Assembly: GCA_963663165.1 (NCBI GenBank)
Contig: OY760175.1
Coordinates: forward strand, 2,784,001 to 2,848,000
From: an uncultured Desulfospira sp.
Lineage (GTDB): Bacteria; Desulfobacterota; Desulfobacteria; Desulfobacterales; Desulfobacteraceae
Direction: 5' to 3'
Length of the DNA: 64,000 nucleotides
Part shown: positions 10,354 through 21,208 of the stretch, piece after piece
Position numbering within the stretch: the stretch's first letter is position 1
Layout of the letters: every line of letters begins with the position of its first letter
Position numbers and translations under genes: made by a program
Notes under the pieces: generated by a model
Database searches by the model: none
What the model was told of the DNA's origin: nothing
What the model saw: the letters and a program-made list of their open reading frames with translations, nothing else

Positions 10354-11241
10354 TCAGCATCCATCTGTCAGAAACGAGGCCGTAAACCATTTCCAGGGCC
10401 GGTCCTTAAACCGACGCTCAAGGGCTTCAACCCCCTGTTTTGCCGCCTTTTCCCCCGGGAAAAGAGCAAAAAGAGACGAACCGCTTCCTGACATATGCAC
10501 TTTCTTTTTCAGCAGCAATTCCATCTCTTCCCTGGCTGAGCGGATTTGCGGATACAGCCTGCATGCGGTCTGTGTCAGGTCGTTATGCAGATTGTCTCCT
10601 AAATCAACATCCCCGCTTCCTATCAGCATATTCGAACTCGTATTTATAGAGTAATTTGAATTTGATGTCAAACGAAAATCTAACTTTTCAAATACCTTTG
10701 CCGTAGATGAAGCCACACCCGGATCACATAAAATCAGGCTGCAACAAGGAAGGCCCACGGCTTTTTCAAGCTTTTCCCCCACCCCTCTGGCAAAGGCCGC
10801 CCCTCCAAAAATAAAAAACGGCACATCTGCACCAAGGCCAAGTCCCATGTCCATGAGGTCCTGCTTAGAAAACAGGCGGCCAAAGGTCTCGTTTAACGCC
10901 TTGAGAACAGTGGCGGCATTGGAACTGCCGCCGCCCAGGCCCCCTCCCGGAGGAATTTTTTTATGGATGCGGATAAAAACATTTTCAGCCGCCGGTTTTC
11001 CTGTTTTCCGGGCATACCGGTCAAAAAAAAGGCAGGCCGCCCGGTGCGCCAGATTGGTATGGTCTTCGGGCACGCCCGGATAGCCGCATTGAACCTGTAT
11101 GCCGGTCCCGTCATAGGAAAGGGCTATCTCATCCCCCAGGTCAATGGGGACCATGAGCGAATAAAGGGTATGAAATCCATCGGGCCGTTTTCCGGTGACG
11201 TAGAGAAACAGATTGATTTTTGCCGGTGAAAACAGCTTCAC
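10354..11241 (-). CDS. ispE: 4-diphosphocytidyl-2-C-methyl-D-erythritol kinase
   Basis: PAKINLFL, KKIPPGGGLGGGSSNAA, GADVPFF, MSGSGS. Confidence 0.95.
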   Translation of the reverse strand: MKLFSPAKINLFLYVTGKRPDGFHTLYSLMVPIDLGDEIALSYDGTGIQVQCGYPGVPEDHTNLAHRAACLFFDRYARKTGKPAAENVFIRIHKKIPPGGGLGGGSSNAATVLKALNETFGRLFSKQDLMDMGLGLGADVPFFIFGGAAFARGVGEKLEKAVGLPCCSLILCDPGVASSTAKVFEKLDFRLTSNSNYSINTSSNMLIGSGDVDLGDNLHNDLTQTACRLYPQIRSAREEMELLLKKKVHMSGSGSSLFALFPGEKAAKQGVEALERRFKDRPWKWFTASFLTDGC

Positions 11242-11555
11242 CCCTTGGCCTCGACAAAGGCCAGGCGGATTTCACTTAAAAGAGACTTTAACAGATTTTC
11301 TTCGTCTGCCGTAAGGTTCCCTTTGGTTTTTTCGGCCAGCATGGCAATCATGTCAATGGTATGCCGGGCCATGGCAAGATCCAGTATTTTCTTCCCGGTG
11401 GAAGGATCCTCGACTTTCCCGAGCTGAACCAGCCCGGAAGAATACAAAGACAGAATAAAACTTGAGAAATCAACCTTTGGAAACTGTGCCCTGCCTTTTG
11501 CCGGTCCGGAATCCGGGGTCTCTTCTTTCATGGTAAATCCGCTTCCTTCAGCCAT
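11238..11555 (-). CDS. DUF1844-type small protein
   Basis: LVQLGKVEDP...ARHTIDMIAMLAEKTKGNLT pattern; sits upstream of ispE. Confidence 0.75.
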   Translation of the reverse strand: MAEGSGFTMKEETPDSGPAKGRAQFPKVDFSSFILSLYSSGLVQLGKVEDPSTGKKILDLAMARHTIDMIAMLAEKTKGNLTADEENLLKSLLSEIRLAFVEAKG

Positions 11556-11567
11556 GGTGTCTCCTTT

Positions 11568-11664
11568 TTAGCAGTTAGCTGTTAGCAGTTAGCTTTTAGC
11601 TGTTAGCTGTTAGCCTTTAGCTGTTAGCTGTTAGCCATACCCTGATAGCTAATGGCTAATGGCT
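11568..11664. repeat. Heptamer (TTAGCNN) tandem repeat with inverted arm
   Basis: About 10 TTAGC units at 7-nt period followed by gctaatggctaatggct. Confidence 0.85.
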
Positions 11665-11678
11665 TTATAAATAAAAAC

Positions 11679-11719
11679 AAACATGCCGTCAACGGATTAA
11701 CCGCTGACGGCATGTGTTT
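11679..11719. terminator. Probable intrinsic terminator after folD
   Basis: acatgccgtca...tgacggcatgt stem with A/T-rich flanks. Confidence 0.6.
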
Positions 11720-11760
11720 TAGATTGCCCAAAGGGAAAAAATCCCCTTCTATTATGCAAA

Positions 11761-12654
11761 CTACAGATTCAAGGCTGCTTTGGCAGACTTTAAGGTGTTT
11801 TTCATGAGCATGGCAATGGTCATGGGGCCTACACCGCCAGGAACCGGTGTGATCTTTCCGGCAATTTCCTTGGCAGCTTCAAAATCGACATCGCCCTTGA
11901 GGATAGCCTTACCGGTTTCTTCATTCATTCCAACGCGATTAACGCCCACATCAATAACGGTGGAGCCGGGCTTAATCCACTCGGGTTTGACCAGATCGGG
12001 AACACCGGCAGCAACAATCAGGATATCAGCGCGTTTGCAGTGATAGGCCAGATCTTTTGTCCGGGTATGAACGATGGTCACCGTGGCATTGGCACCCACA
12101 CCTTTCTGTGCCATCATCATGGCAATAGGCTTGCCAACAATATTGGATCTTCCCACAACCACCACTTCGGCACCAGAGGTTTCAGTATTGGAACGGACGA
12201 TCATCTCCTGGATACCGGCAGGGGTACAGGGCAGGAAGATGGCTTCCTCTCCACCAATCATGAGACGGCCAACGTTAACGGGATGGAAGGCATCCACGTC
12301 TTTGTCCGGGTTGATGGCGTTGAGAACTTTTTTATCGTCAATATGCTTGGGCAAGGGCAATTGAACCAGGATACCGTGGATATCAGGATCATTGTTGTAT
12401 TTGTCAATCAGTGCCAGCAGATCTTCTTCGGAAATATCTTCGGGCTGGTCATCCTGGACTTCATGGAATCCCAGGCTGATGGCGGTTTTCACCTTTAAAG
12501 TCACATAACTGATGGAAGCCGGGCTGGACCCTACAAGGATGGTGACAAGTCCCGGCACCTTGCCGGTATCTTTTTTCATCTGCTCGACTTCTTCTTTAAT
12601 CTCTGCAAGGATTTCTTTTCTTATCGCGGTTCCGCTAATAATTTCAGCAGTCAT
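11761..12654 (-). CDS. folD: Methylene-THF dehydrogenase/cyclohydrolase
   Basis: GILVQLPLP, KDVDAFHP, PCTPAG, GRSNIVGKP, TPVPGGVGPMT. Confidence 0.97.
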   Translation of the reverse strand: MTAEIISGTAIRKEILAEIKEEVEQMKKDTGKVPGLVTILVGSSPASISYVTLKVKTAISLGFHEVQDDQPEDISEEDLLALIDKYNNDPDIHGILVQLPLPKHIDDKKVLNAINPDKDVDAFHPVNVGRLMIGGEEAIFLPCTPAGIQEMIVRSNTETSGAEVVVVGRSNIVGKPIAMMMAQKGVGANATVTIVHTRTKDLAYHCKRADILIVAAGVPDLVKPEWIKPGSTVIDVGVNRVGMNEETGKAILKGDVDFEAAKEIAGKITPVPGGVGPMTIAMLMKNTLKSAKAALNL

Positions 12655-12676
12655 ATTTATATTCCTTATTATAAAG

Positions 12677-12856
12677 TCTGAAGGTTTTTAGACTGAAGGC
12701 TGTTAGGGTGCCAACTCCATAGCCTTCATGACTTTCATGATTTGTTGAGGGTCTTGGCGCTTAGCCGTTATAAAAAAGACTCAAGGTTTTTAGCTTGAAG
12801 GCTGAAGGGAGTATCGGCAAATGCCCCCTTCAGCCTAAATTCCTTCAGTCTAAACC
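12677..12856. repeat. CTGAAG/CTTCAG inverted-repeat element
   Basis: Multiple ctgaagg units then cttcagcc/cttcagtc units; first 105 bp homologous to 9061-9165. Confidence 0.75.
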
Positions 12857-12863
12857 CCTTATC

Positions 12864-14645
12864 TTAGAATACGCCTTGTACCTTGCCGGTTTCGACATCT
12901 ACATCAACCCGTTTGAACGCCGGGTTAGAGCCGGTACCCGGCATCAGGCTGATGGTTCCGGCAACCGGAACGATAAAGCCGGCACCGCCGTAGGTGAGGA
13001 CTTCACGGATGGTCAGTCTCCAACCGGTGGGAACCCCTTTAAGTGCCGGGTTGTCAGACAGTGACAGATGGGTTTTAACCATACACATGCCAAGGCCGGC
13101 CAGTTCCGGATCAGCCTGAATTCTGGCGATGGCCGCATTGGCTTCATTAGAGTAATCAACACCGTCCGCGCCATAAACTTCTTTGGCAATAAGCTCAATT
13201 CTCTCTTTAATCGGCATGTCAAGTTCATAGAGGAATTTGAACTCTGTCTTTTCTTCACACGCTTCAATAACGGCTTCAGCAAATTCAATAGCGCCTGCGC
13301 CGCCTTGTTCCCAGTGACGGGACAGGGCCACTCTGGCACCCTCAGCTTCACTGAGTTCACGGACCTTTGCAATCTCTGCATCCGTATCGGTGTAGAATGC
13401 GTTAATACAAACAACCGGAGAGATACCGGCTTTTCTAACGTTTCTGATATGGTGGATAAGGTTGGCACATCCTTTTGCAACCCATTCCACATTTTCCGTG
13501 CTGTATTCTTCAGGCATGGGTTTGCCCGGTACCGGTACCGGAGCCCCGCCATGGCATTTAAGGGCTCTGATGGTGGCAACAACAACTGCGCAGTCGGGTT
13601 TAAGGCCGGAGTAACGGCATTTGAGGTTCCAGAATTTTTCAAACCCGATGTCTGCACCAAATCCGGATTCAGTCACATGGTAGTCGGCCAGTTTAAGGCC
13701 AACCTTGTCAGCAAGAATTGAGCTCTGGCCAATGGCGATATTGGCAAACGGTCCGGCATGAACAATAACGGGCTGTCCTTCAAGGGTCTGCATTAAGGAC
13801 GGTTTCAACGCATCAACCATCCATGCCGTCATGGCACCGGCAACCTGGAGGTCCTCAGTTGTAACGGGTTTGCCTTTCTTGGTGTAGGCCACAACAATCT
13901 TACCCATTCTTTCACGCATATCTTTCAGGTCGGTTGACATGGCAAGAATGGCCATAACTTCTGAAGATACAGCGATGCCGAATTTAGATTTCATCATGAA
14001 ACCGTCGGCCTTGCCGTTCACGCCGTCAATGCCGATGATGATGTTTCTCAGTGACTGGCAGCAGAAATCCATGATCCATCCCATTTCTACTTTGGTGGGA
14101 TCAATATCGATTCTTTTCATTTTTGAAAGACGTTCGAGCTGTTCGTCGGTGTAGTTTCTTTCATGCTGCATTCTGGAGGTCAGTGCAACCATGGCCAGGT
14201 TGTGGGCATTCATGATGGCGTTGATGTCACCGGTGAAACCCAGGGAAAAAGGAGTTAAGGGAATGCATTGTGCCAGGCCGCCGCCGGCTGCAGAACCTTT
14301 AATGTTCATGGTGGGTCCGCCGGAAGGCTGACGAATGGCGGCACAAACATTTTTACCCAGCTTTCCCAGGCCCTGAACAAGGCCCATGGACGACGTAGAT
14401 TTGCCTTCACCAAGGGGTGTCGGGGTGATGGCGGTTACATCAATGTATTTTCCATCAGGTGCGTCTTTAAGGCGCTCAAGAACTCTTTGGAAATCAATTT
14501 TTCCAATGTAATGCCCCTGGGGAAGCAATTCTTCTTTTGTCAGCCCTAATTTCTCACCAATTTCATAAATGGTGAGCATCTCTTTTTCTGCATCTTCTGC
14601 AATTTCCCAATCTAAATGTTTGGTTGGATCTAATTTTGATGCCAT
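12864..14645 (-). CDS. fhs: Formate--tetrahydrofolate ligase
   Basis: [36 protein letters not shown]. Confidence 0.97.
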   Translation of the reverse strand: MASKLDPTKHLDWEIAEDAEKEMLTIYEIGEKLGLTKEELLPQGHYIGKIDFQRVLERLKDAPDGKYIDVTAITPTPLGEGKSTSSMGLVQGLGKLGKNVCAAIRQPSGGPTMNIKGSAAGGGLAQCIPLTPFSLGFTGDINAIMNAHNLAMVALTSRMQHERNYTDEQLERLSKMKRIDIDPTKVEMGWIMDFCCQSLRNIIIGIDGVNGKADGFMMKSKFGIAVSSEVMAILAMSTDLKDMRERMGKIVVAYTKKGKPVTTEDLQVAGAMTAWMVDALKPSLMQTLEGQPVIVHAGPFANIAIGQSSILADKVGLKLADYHVTESGFGADIGFEKFWNLKCRYSGLKPDCAVVVATIRALKCHGGAPVPVPGKPMPEEYSTENVEWVAKGCANLIHHIRNVRKAGISPVVCINAFYTDTDAEIAKVRELSEAEGARVALSRHWEQGGAGAIEFAEAVIEACEEKTEFKFLYELDMPIKERIELIAKEVYGADGVDYSNEANAAIARIQADPELAGLGMCMVKTHLSLSDNPALKGVPTGWRLTIREVLTYGGAGFIVPVAGTISLMPGTGSNPAFKRVDVDVETGKVQGVF

Positions 14646-14959
14646 GGTTCACTCCTTGTAATAATGTTGGACCCCGGCAATAGGGTCAGTGGATAAAAGT
14701 ATTACGAAACCAAGAAAGTCTGTTTTTGTTAGAGACTTTTTAATCAAACTATAAATAATCACTCCTCCTACTATATAAATAAACCCAAAAAATCAACTTT
14801 TTTTAACAATAAAATAATTCGCCGGATGGGCGCAGACGATTTCGGTTTAGAAACTAAATTCCGTTCAGTTTGAGCCGTTTTTTTTAAAACCAAAGAAATT
14901 TGTTGATTTTATAGGATTTTCTTGTCCTCAACCCCGGAATCAATAAATTCACTCATCTA

Positions 14960-14986
14960 TTGACAAAAAACCCCACAAATTATAAT
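14960..14986 (+). promoter_or_regulatory. Candidate sigma70 promoter for the acs operon
   Basis: TTGACA-N15-TATAAT (spacer shorter than ideal) in the AT-rich divergent region. Confidence 0.4.
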
Positions 14987-15178
14987 TGATGTAAGTTATA
15001 TGCTGTTATCATTGCGTCACTAGAGTAACTTGGGAAACTTCTATGGGTAAGACGGTTACAATATGTTTGAACGAACTTGATACACAACCGTTTTCCTGTT
15101 TTTTTCCTATTTTGATAGCATCACATCTTTTTAATCCCCCCCAACTCATAACCAACTTTAAATTTGTAGGAGGTACAA

Positions 15179-16747
15179 GTGGGCTTTGAAATAACCAAAG
15201 AGTCTTATGCCGGCAGTATCAAAGGAATTACTATTGGGAAAGGTGATTCCGCCCTTACCGTTGGCGGCCAGGCCAGTTATCCGTTTTACCAGTTCGAAGG
15301 CGCCATGCCCAACAAACCCGTTATTGCAATGGAAATTTGGGACTATGAACCTGAAGACTGGCCGGCAGCTGCCCTGGCACCGTTCAAGGATGTGGTTTCC
15401 GATCCTGCCGCGTGGGCAAAAAAATGTGTAGAAGTGTACGGGGCCCAGGCCATCGTACTCCAGTTGAAAAGCATCGACCCCAATGACAAAGATGTCAGTG
15501 CCGACGATGCTGCCGCTACGGTTAAGAAGGTAATGGAAGCGATTAGTGTTCCCCTGATCGTGTGGGGGTGTGCTGTCCCTGCAAAGGATGAAGAAGTCCT
15601 TAAAAAAGTAGCTGAGGTCTGCCAGGGTGAAAAGCTGATCCTGGGGCCTGTTGAAGAGAAAAACCACAAGGGGATCGGTGCCGCAGCCATGGGTTACGGC
15701 CATACGCTCATCTCTTCGTCTCCCATTGACGTTAACCTGGCAAAACAGGTAAACATTCTGCTGGAAAACCTTGGCGTAAGCCTTGGCAATGTCATTGTTG
15801 ACCCGACCACCGGCGGACTTGGATACGGGATGGAATATTCCTACTCCGTAATGGAACGTCTGACCATGGCCGCCATGACCCAGGGGGATGACAAGCTCCA
15901 GAATCCCATGATCAACAACCTGGGCAACGAGGTCTGGAAATGCAAAGAAGCCAAGCAGACCGTTGAGGACGCACCGGAATTGGGCGATCCTGAACGCCGG
16001 GCCATTCTCATGGAGGCAGTGGGTGCGGTATCGTACCTCATGTCCGGATCCAGTATCCTGATCATGCGCCACCCCGAGTCCGTTAAACTGGCCAAAGCGT
16101 TCATCGACCTGATTTCCGATGGCGGTTCCGCCATGGATGTGGCCCCCATTGCCAAACAGCTGGATGATGTGGAAATTGATTTTGCTGCCATGGCTCCGGC
16201 ACCTGACCTGACCATTGAAGAAGAGAAGAAAGCCGCTGCACCGGCCAAGAAAGAAGCACCGGCCAAAGCGGCAGCGCCTAAAGCAGAAGCCAAACCGGCT
16301 GCTCCAGCAGCGCCGAAGGCAGAAGCCAAACCGGAACCCAAGGCTGAGGAAGCACCGGCCGCAGCGCCTGCTGTAGATCCGGAAGCAGAAGCCAAGGCCA
16401 AAGCTGAAGCAGAGGCCAAAGCCAAGGTTGAGGCAGAAGCCAAAGCCAAGGCAGACGCAGAAGCAAAAGCCAAAGCCGAAGCAGATGCCAAGGCCAAAGC
16501 TGAAGCAGACGCCAAGGCCAAGGTCGAAGCAGAAAAACAGGCCCAGAAGGATGCCGCTGCTAAACGTGAAGCAGAAGAAGCAGCCATCAGAGAAAAACGG
16601 GCCGCTGAAAAAGAAAAACATGCTGCTGAAAGAGCCAGCATCGCAGCCAGTTCAAGCATTACCAAAACAGCCGCTGCCATCCAGACAACCGAACTGGAAA
16701 GAATCATCCAGCACCTGGATAAGGCACACAAACGCAAAGCAGTATAA
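15179..16747 (+). CDS. acsD: Corrinoid Fe-S protein small subunit (AcsD/CdhD) with long Ala/Lys/Glu/Pro-rich C-terminal extension
   Basis: DVNLAKQVNILL, VDPTTGGLGYGMEY, MRHPES; GTG start after AGGAGG. Confidence 0.92.
   Translation: MGFEITKESYAGSIKGITIGKGDSALTVGGQASYPFYQFEGAMPNKPVIAMEIWDYEPEDWPAAALAPFKDVVSDPAAWAKKCVEVYGAQAIVLQLKSIDPNDKDVSADDAAATVKKVMEAISVPLIVWGCAVPAKDEEVLKKVAEVCQGEKLILGPVEEKNHKGIGAAAMGYGHTLISSSPIDVNLAKQVNILLENLGVSLGNVIVDPTTGGLGYGMEYSYSVMERLTMAAMTQGDDKLQNPMINNLGNEVWKCKEAKQTVEDAPELGDPERRAILMEAVGAVSYLMSGSSILIMRHPESVKLAKAFIDLISDGGSAMDVAPIAKQLDDVEIDFAAMAPAPDLTIEEEKKAAAPAKKEAPAKAAAPKAEAKPAAPAAPKAEAKPEPKAEEAPAAAPAVDPEAEAKAKAEAEAKAKVEAEAKAKADAEAKAKAEADAKAKAEADAKAKVEAEKQAQKDAAAKREAEEAAIREKRAAEKEKHAAERASIAASSSITKTAAAIQTTELERIIQHLDKAHKRKAV
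16382..16534 (+). repeat. Coding 24-bp tandem repeat (EAEAKAKA-type, six copies) in acsD
   Basis: gaagcagaagccaaggccaaagct and five variants in tandem. Confidence 0.9.
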
Positions 16748-16797
16748 CTGCTTTCTCTATATATCGACATACCCATAACTAAGAGGAGGAACCTCTA

Positions 16798-18834
16798 ATG
16801 GCAATAGTTAAGAAAGAAACAAGCAGTGCCAGTGAAAAAGCTCCGAAACTGGCAGATCCCAAAGAAGTCTCCATTGACAAGGGAACCCAGGAACTCCAGG
16901 CCCGTGCCCAGCAATTGGGCATTGATACCGTTTTTGACCGCGCAGTGGCCATGAAGCCCTGTAACATCGGTGTCCAGGGCATCTGCTGTAAAAACTGCTC
17001 CATGGGTCCCTGCCGTCTGCCCCTTCCCAAAGGCGGCATCGAAGGTGAAGACAAAAGAAAAGGCCTTTGCGGCGCAACGGCCAACACCATTGCAGCCCGT
17101 AACTTTATCAGGATGATCGCCGGCGGCGCATCCGCCCACTCTGACCACGGTCGCTGCGTAGCTGAGGTTTTCCTCTCTGCTGCACGCAAGGAAACCGATG
17201 CGTATCAGATTAAAGACACCCAGAAACTTCTTCAGATCGCTCCCTGGCTCGGGGTCGATACTACGGTTGAAGTCGATGGGGAAGTCAAACAGCGTGACCT
17301 GGATGAGATTGCCCTTGAAACCGCTGAGGTGGCCATTCAGGAATGGGGCAAACCCGAAGGCGAAGTTCTCTATATGAAACGGGCACCTGAAGCCCTGTAT
17401 GAAAAATGGAAAAAACTGGGCGTTCTTCCCCGGAACATTGACCGGGAAATCGTTGAAATCATGCACAGAACCCACATGGGCGTGGACCAGGATTACAAAA
17501 ACCTGATGAAACAGGGCACCCGCGCAGCCCTTGCTGACGGCTGGGGCGGCTCCATGCTGGCCACTGACCTGCAGGACGTGCTGTTCGGCACCCCGTATCC
17601 CCTCCAGTCCGAAGCCAACCTGGGCGTAATGAAACAAGACCATGTCAATATTATTGTTCATGGCCATGAACCGGTCCTGTCCGAAATTCTGGTGGCGGTT
17701 GCCCAGTCCCAGGAAATGATCGATTACGCCATAGAAAAAGGCGCCAAAGGCATTCAGCTGGGCGGCATCTGCTGTACCGCCAACGAACTGCTCCAGCGCC
17801 ACGGCATCCCCACCGCAGCCACCTTCCTCCAGCAGGAAATGGCCATCATCACCGGTGCCTGTGACGCCATGATCGTGGACATCCAGTGTATCATGCAGAA
17901 CCTGGCCAACGTGGCCAAATGTTTCCATACCAAACTGATCACCACCCACCCCATTGCAAGGATGGAACAGGACAACGTTATTCACATTGAATTTGACGAA
18001 CACCATGCCCTGGAAGATGCCAAGCGCATCGTGAAAATGTCCATTGACAACTTTGCAAACCGCGGCGCCGACATCATGATTCCGCCTTACAAAGCCACCC
18101 AGATTGCCGGCTTTGGTGTGGAATCCATCCAGTATCACCTGGGCGGCACCTTCCGCGGCACTTACTACACCCTGAACGACAATATCATCAACGGCCGTAT
18201 CCGTGGTATTGCCGGCGTAGTTGGGTGCAACAACGCCAGAACCAAACACAACCATGATCACATCACGGTTGTGAAAGAGCTGATCAAAAACGATTGTATC
18301 GTTCTGACCACCGGCTGTAACGGCATTGCCTGCGCCATGGAAGGGCTGCTGACCCCTGAAGCGGGCCAGGTCCACTGCGGCCCGGGCCTTGCTGAAATCT
18401 GCGAGACGGTTGGTATCCCGCCAGTCCTTCACTTAGGGTCCTGCGTTGACAACTCCAGAATCCTGCTGGCCGCAACAGAAGTTGTGAAAGCCGGCGGCCT
18501 TGGTGCCGATATCTGTGACCTGCCCGCAGCCGGTTCCGCGCCCGAGTGGATGAGTGAAAAGGCCATCTCCATCGGCCATTACTTTGTGGCTTCCGGCGTT
18601 TACACTGTGTTCGGCGTTACCCTGCCCACCTCCGGTGCCCCGGTCTTCCATGACTATATTTCAAAGGAATTTGAAAAGATCACCGGCGGAAAATGGGATA
18701 TTGAACCGGATCCGATTAAACATGCCCAGCTCATGATTGCCCATATCGATAAAAAGAGAAAAGAACTGGGCATTGACAAGGCAAGGGAAAGGGTCTTGAT
18801 GGATATGGCATCCCGCCAGGCCCTGGAAGCTTAA
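16798..18834 (+). CDS. cooS: Anaerobic Ni-CO dehydrogenase catalytic subunit
   Basis: CNIGVQGICCKNCSMGPC, HSDHGR, HGHEP, GICCT, GCNN, GSCVD, WMSEKA. Confidence 0.96.
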   Translation: MAIVKKETSSASEKAPKLADPKEVSIDKGTQELQARAQQLGIDTVFDRAVAMKPCNIGVQGICCKNCSMGPCRLPLPKGGIEGEDKRKGLCGATANTIAARNFIRMIAGGASAHSDHGRCVAEVFLSAARKETDAYQIKDTQKLLQIAPWLGVDTTVEVDGEVKQRDLDEIALETAEVAIQEWGKPEGEVLYMKRAPEALYEKWKKLGVLPRNIDREIVEIMHRTHMGVDQDYKNLMKQGTRAALADGWGGSMLATDLQDVLFGTPYPLQSEANLGVMKQDHVNIIVHGHEPVLSEILVAVAQSQEMIDYAIEKGAKGIQLGGICCTANELLQRHGIPTAATFLQQEMAIITGACDAMIVDIQCIMQNLANVAKCFHTKLITTHPIARMEQDNVIHIEFDEHHALEDAKRIVKMSIDNFANRGADIMIPPYKATQIAGFGVESIQYHLGGTFRGTYYTLNDNIINGRIRGIAGVVGCNNARTKHNHDHITVVKELIKNDCIVLTTGCNGIACAMEGLLTPEAGQVHCGPGLAEICETVGIPPVLHLGSCVDNSRILLAATEVVKAGGLGADICDLPAAGSAPEWMSEKAISIGHYFVASGVYTVFGVTLPTSGAPVFHDYISKEFEKITGGKWDIEPDPIKHAQLMIAHIDKKRKELGIDKARERVLMDMASRQALEA

Positions 18835-18904
18835 GACCTGAAATGAGTTTGATTTAAACAGCAATTATTAAATAATTAAATCCTCAACGAAGGAGGAAAA
18901 TGAT

Positions 18905-21118
18905 ATGTCAAAATTGATCGCATTTGCTGCCATTCAGGGTGGATACAAAGTAGTTGCCCAGGTTGAAGGCGAACTTCAAAAAGCGCTTCAGACCTATGAT
19001 GCCAGCACAAAGATAGGATTCCCCAACACCGCATATTACCTGCCGGTTATTTACTCTCTGACAGGGTTGAAATGTGAAACCTTAGAAGACCTTAAAAAAC
19101 CCATGGAATTTGCCAGAGGCCTTCTGCCGCCCCATATTAAGCTGAAAAACTGGCTCCCGTACCTTGGCCCCCTTCTGGATGCCGGTATGGCCGGTATCAT
19201 CAGCTACGAGATTAAAGAGGCCATCCGTTACCTCAATGACCCGGATTTCTACGTTACCACGGAAGATCCGGATATTGAAAACGGAAAATGGTGGGTGGGC
19301 GCTGCCGATGACACTATCCTGCGTAAACGTGGCGTTGAATTTGTTGACGGTTCCGCTCCCGGGTTTGCCGCCATGGTTGGTGCTGCCCCGGATGTTGAAA
19401 CCGCCAAGATGATTGTGGAAGACTATCAGCAGAAATCTCTGTACATTTTCTGCGCCGCCAACCACAATGGCAAAACCCTTATTGAGCAGTGCCATGAAGC
19501 CGGCATGCAGATCGGCTGGAACACCCGTATCGTTCCGTTTGGACCGGACATCTCTTCTGCCGTATTTGCCCTTGGGTTTGCCAACAGGGCCGCCATGGCA
19601 TTCGGCGGTGTTCAGCCCGGTGATTACAAAACCATCCTCAAGTACAACAAAGACAGGGTTTTCGCCTTTGTTAACGCCCTGGGCGATGTGGGCACCGAAT
19701 GGGGTGTGGCCGCAGCCGGTTGTGTTAACTGGGGTTTCCCCACCATCGCTGATACACCCATCCCGGAAATTCTGCCCACGGGTATTTGTACTTATGAACA
19801 TGTTGTGGCACCGGTTGCCCATAAAGACATGGTTCAAAAGTCTGTTGAAGTCAGGGGCCTTAAGGTTACGGTTTCCGACATCGACATTCCCATGGCATTT
19901 GGTCCGGCATACGAAGGTGAACGTGTTCGCGGCGCTGATCTGTACTGCCAGTGCGGCGGCGGCAAGACCCAGTGCACCGAGCTGGTAAAACGGGCTGAAA
20001 TGAATGAGATCGAAGACGGAAAGGTCACGATAGTCGGCCCGGATGTCACGGATATGAAAGAAGGCGATACCTTCCCCTTGGGAATTTTTGTCCAGATTGC
20101 CGGCCGTGAATTCCAGGAAGACTTTGAGCCCATCATGGAACGTCAGATCCACCATCTGACCAACTACATCCAGTCCATCATGCACATCGGACAACGGGAC
20201 ATCTCCTGGGTCCGTATATCCAAGGCAGCCATGGAAAAAGGCTTTTCTCTGGAGCACATTGGTAAAGTCCTTTATGCCAAGTTCCATCAGGATTTCACCA
20301 AGATTGTGGACAAGGTCCAGGTTACCCTGTACACCAAGCCTGAAGATGTCGACAAGATGACCGCACTGGCCCGGGAAAATTACCTGGCCCGTGATTCCCG
20401 TGTGGACAACATGAAGGACGAGGACGTGGATATTTTCTACTCCTGCACCCTGTGCCAGTCTTTTGCCCCCTCCCATGTCTGCTCCGTATCCCCGGAAAGA
20501 ACAGGTCTTTGCGGTGCCTACAACTGGATGGACTGCAAGGCTGCCTACGAGATCAATCCTACCGGTCCCAACCAGCCCATTGAAAAGGGTGAAGTTATTA
20601 ATGCGAAACTCGGCGAGTTCTCCGGAGCGAACGAGTTTGTCAAAAAAGCCTCCAGGGGCGCTATTGAACGGTATAACTTCTACTCCATGGTCCATGATCC
20701 CATGACCACCTGCGGCTGCTGCGAGTGCATCGCTGCCATGCTGCCCATGTGCAACGGGGTTATGACGGTTGGCCGTGATTACGGCGGAGAGACCCCCTGC
20801 GGCATGAAGTTCACCACCCTGGCCGGCGTTATGGGCGGCGGGGCTTCTTCACCTGGCTTTGTGGGCCACTCCAAGCATAACATCACCCAGGGCAAATTCA
20901 TCCTGGGCGACGGTGGCCTCTTGAGAATGGTCTGGATGCCCAAGATGCTTAAAGACGAACTCAAGGAAAAAATTGAGAAACGTGGTGCAGAAATGGGCGT
21001 GCCCGATCTTTGGGACAAGATTGCCGATGAAACCGTCGGCATCACCGAAGAAGAGATTTATCCGTGGCTCGAAGAAAAAGGCCACCCTGCCCTGACAATG
21101 GAACCCCTTGTCGGGTAA
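18905..21118 (+). CDS. acsB: Acetyl-CoA synthase (bacterial-type, with N-terminal domain)
   Basis: FPNTAYYLP, YSCTLCQSFAPSHVC, ERTGLCGA, PMTTCGC A-cluster ligands. Confidence 0.96.
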   Translation: MSKLIAFAAIQGGYKVVAQVEGELQKALQTYDASTKIGFPNTAYYLPVIYSLTGLKCETLEDLKKPMEFARGLLPPHIKLKNWLPYLGPLLDAGMAGIISYEIKEAIRYLNDPDFYVTTEDPDIENGKWWVGAADDTILRKRGVEFVDGSAPGFAAMVGAAPDVETAKMIVEDYQQKSLYIFCAANHNGKTLIEQCHEAGMQIGWNTRIVPFGPDISSAVFALGFANRAAMAFGGVQPGDYKTILKYNKDRVFAFVNALGDVGTEWGVAAAGCVNWGFPTIADTPIPEILPTGICTYEHVVAPVAHKDMVQKSVEVRGLKVTVSDIDIPMAFGPAYEGERVRGADLYCQCGGGKTQCTELVKRAEMNEIEDGKVTIVGPDVTDMKEGDTFPLGIFVQIAGREFQEDFEPIMERQIHHLTNYIQSIMHIGQRDISWVRISKAAMEKGFSLEHIGKVLYAKFHQDFTKIVDKVQVTLYTKPEDVDKMTALARENYLARDSRVDNMKDEDVDIFYSCTLCQSFAPSHVCSVSPERTGLCGAYNWMDCKAAYEINPTGPNQPIEKGEVINAKLGEFSGANEFVKKASRGAIERYNFYSMVHDPMTTCGCCECIAAMLPMCNGVMTVGRDYGGETPCGMKFTTLAGVMGGGASSPGFVGHSKHNITQGKFILGDGGLLRMVWMPKMLKDELKEKIEKRGAEMGVPDLWDKIADETVGITEEEIYPWLEEKGHPALTMEPLVG

Positions 21119-21208
21119 TATTTTAAACCTGAAAGGTGCGGCGGTATTCCACCAGATTTAAATCCGCCGCGCCTTTATTCTACCCTTAAGACGTGAGGAG
21201 AATAACAA

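Noticed and set aside
15158..20695. Long antisense ORFs (15158-16621, 16795-18432, 19082-20695)
   Set aside because: Shadows of acsD, cooS and acsB caused by codon bias; no motifs of their own
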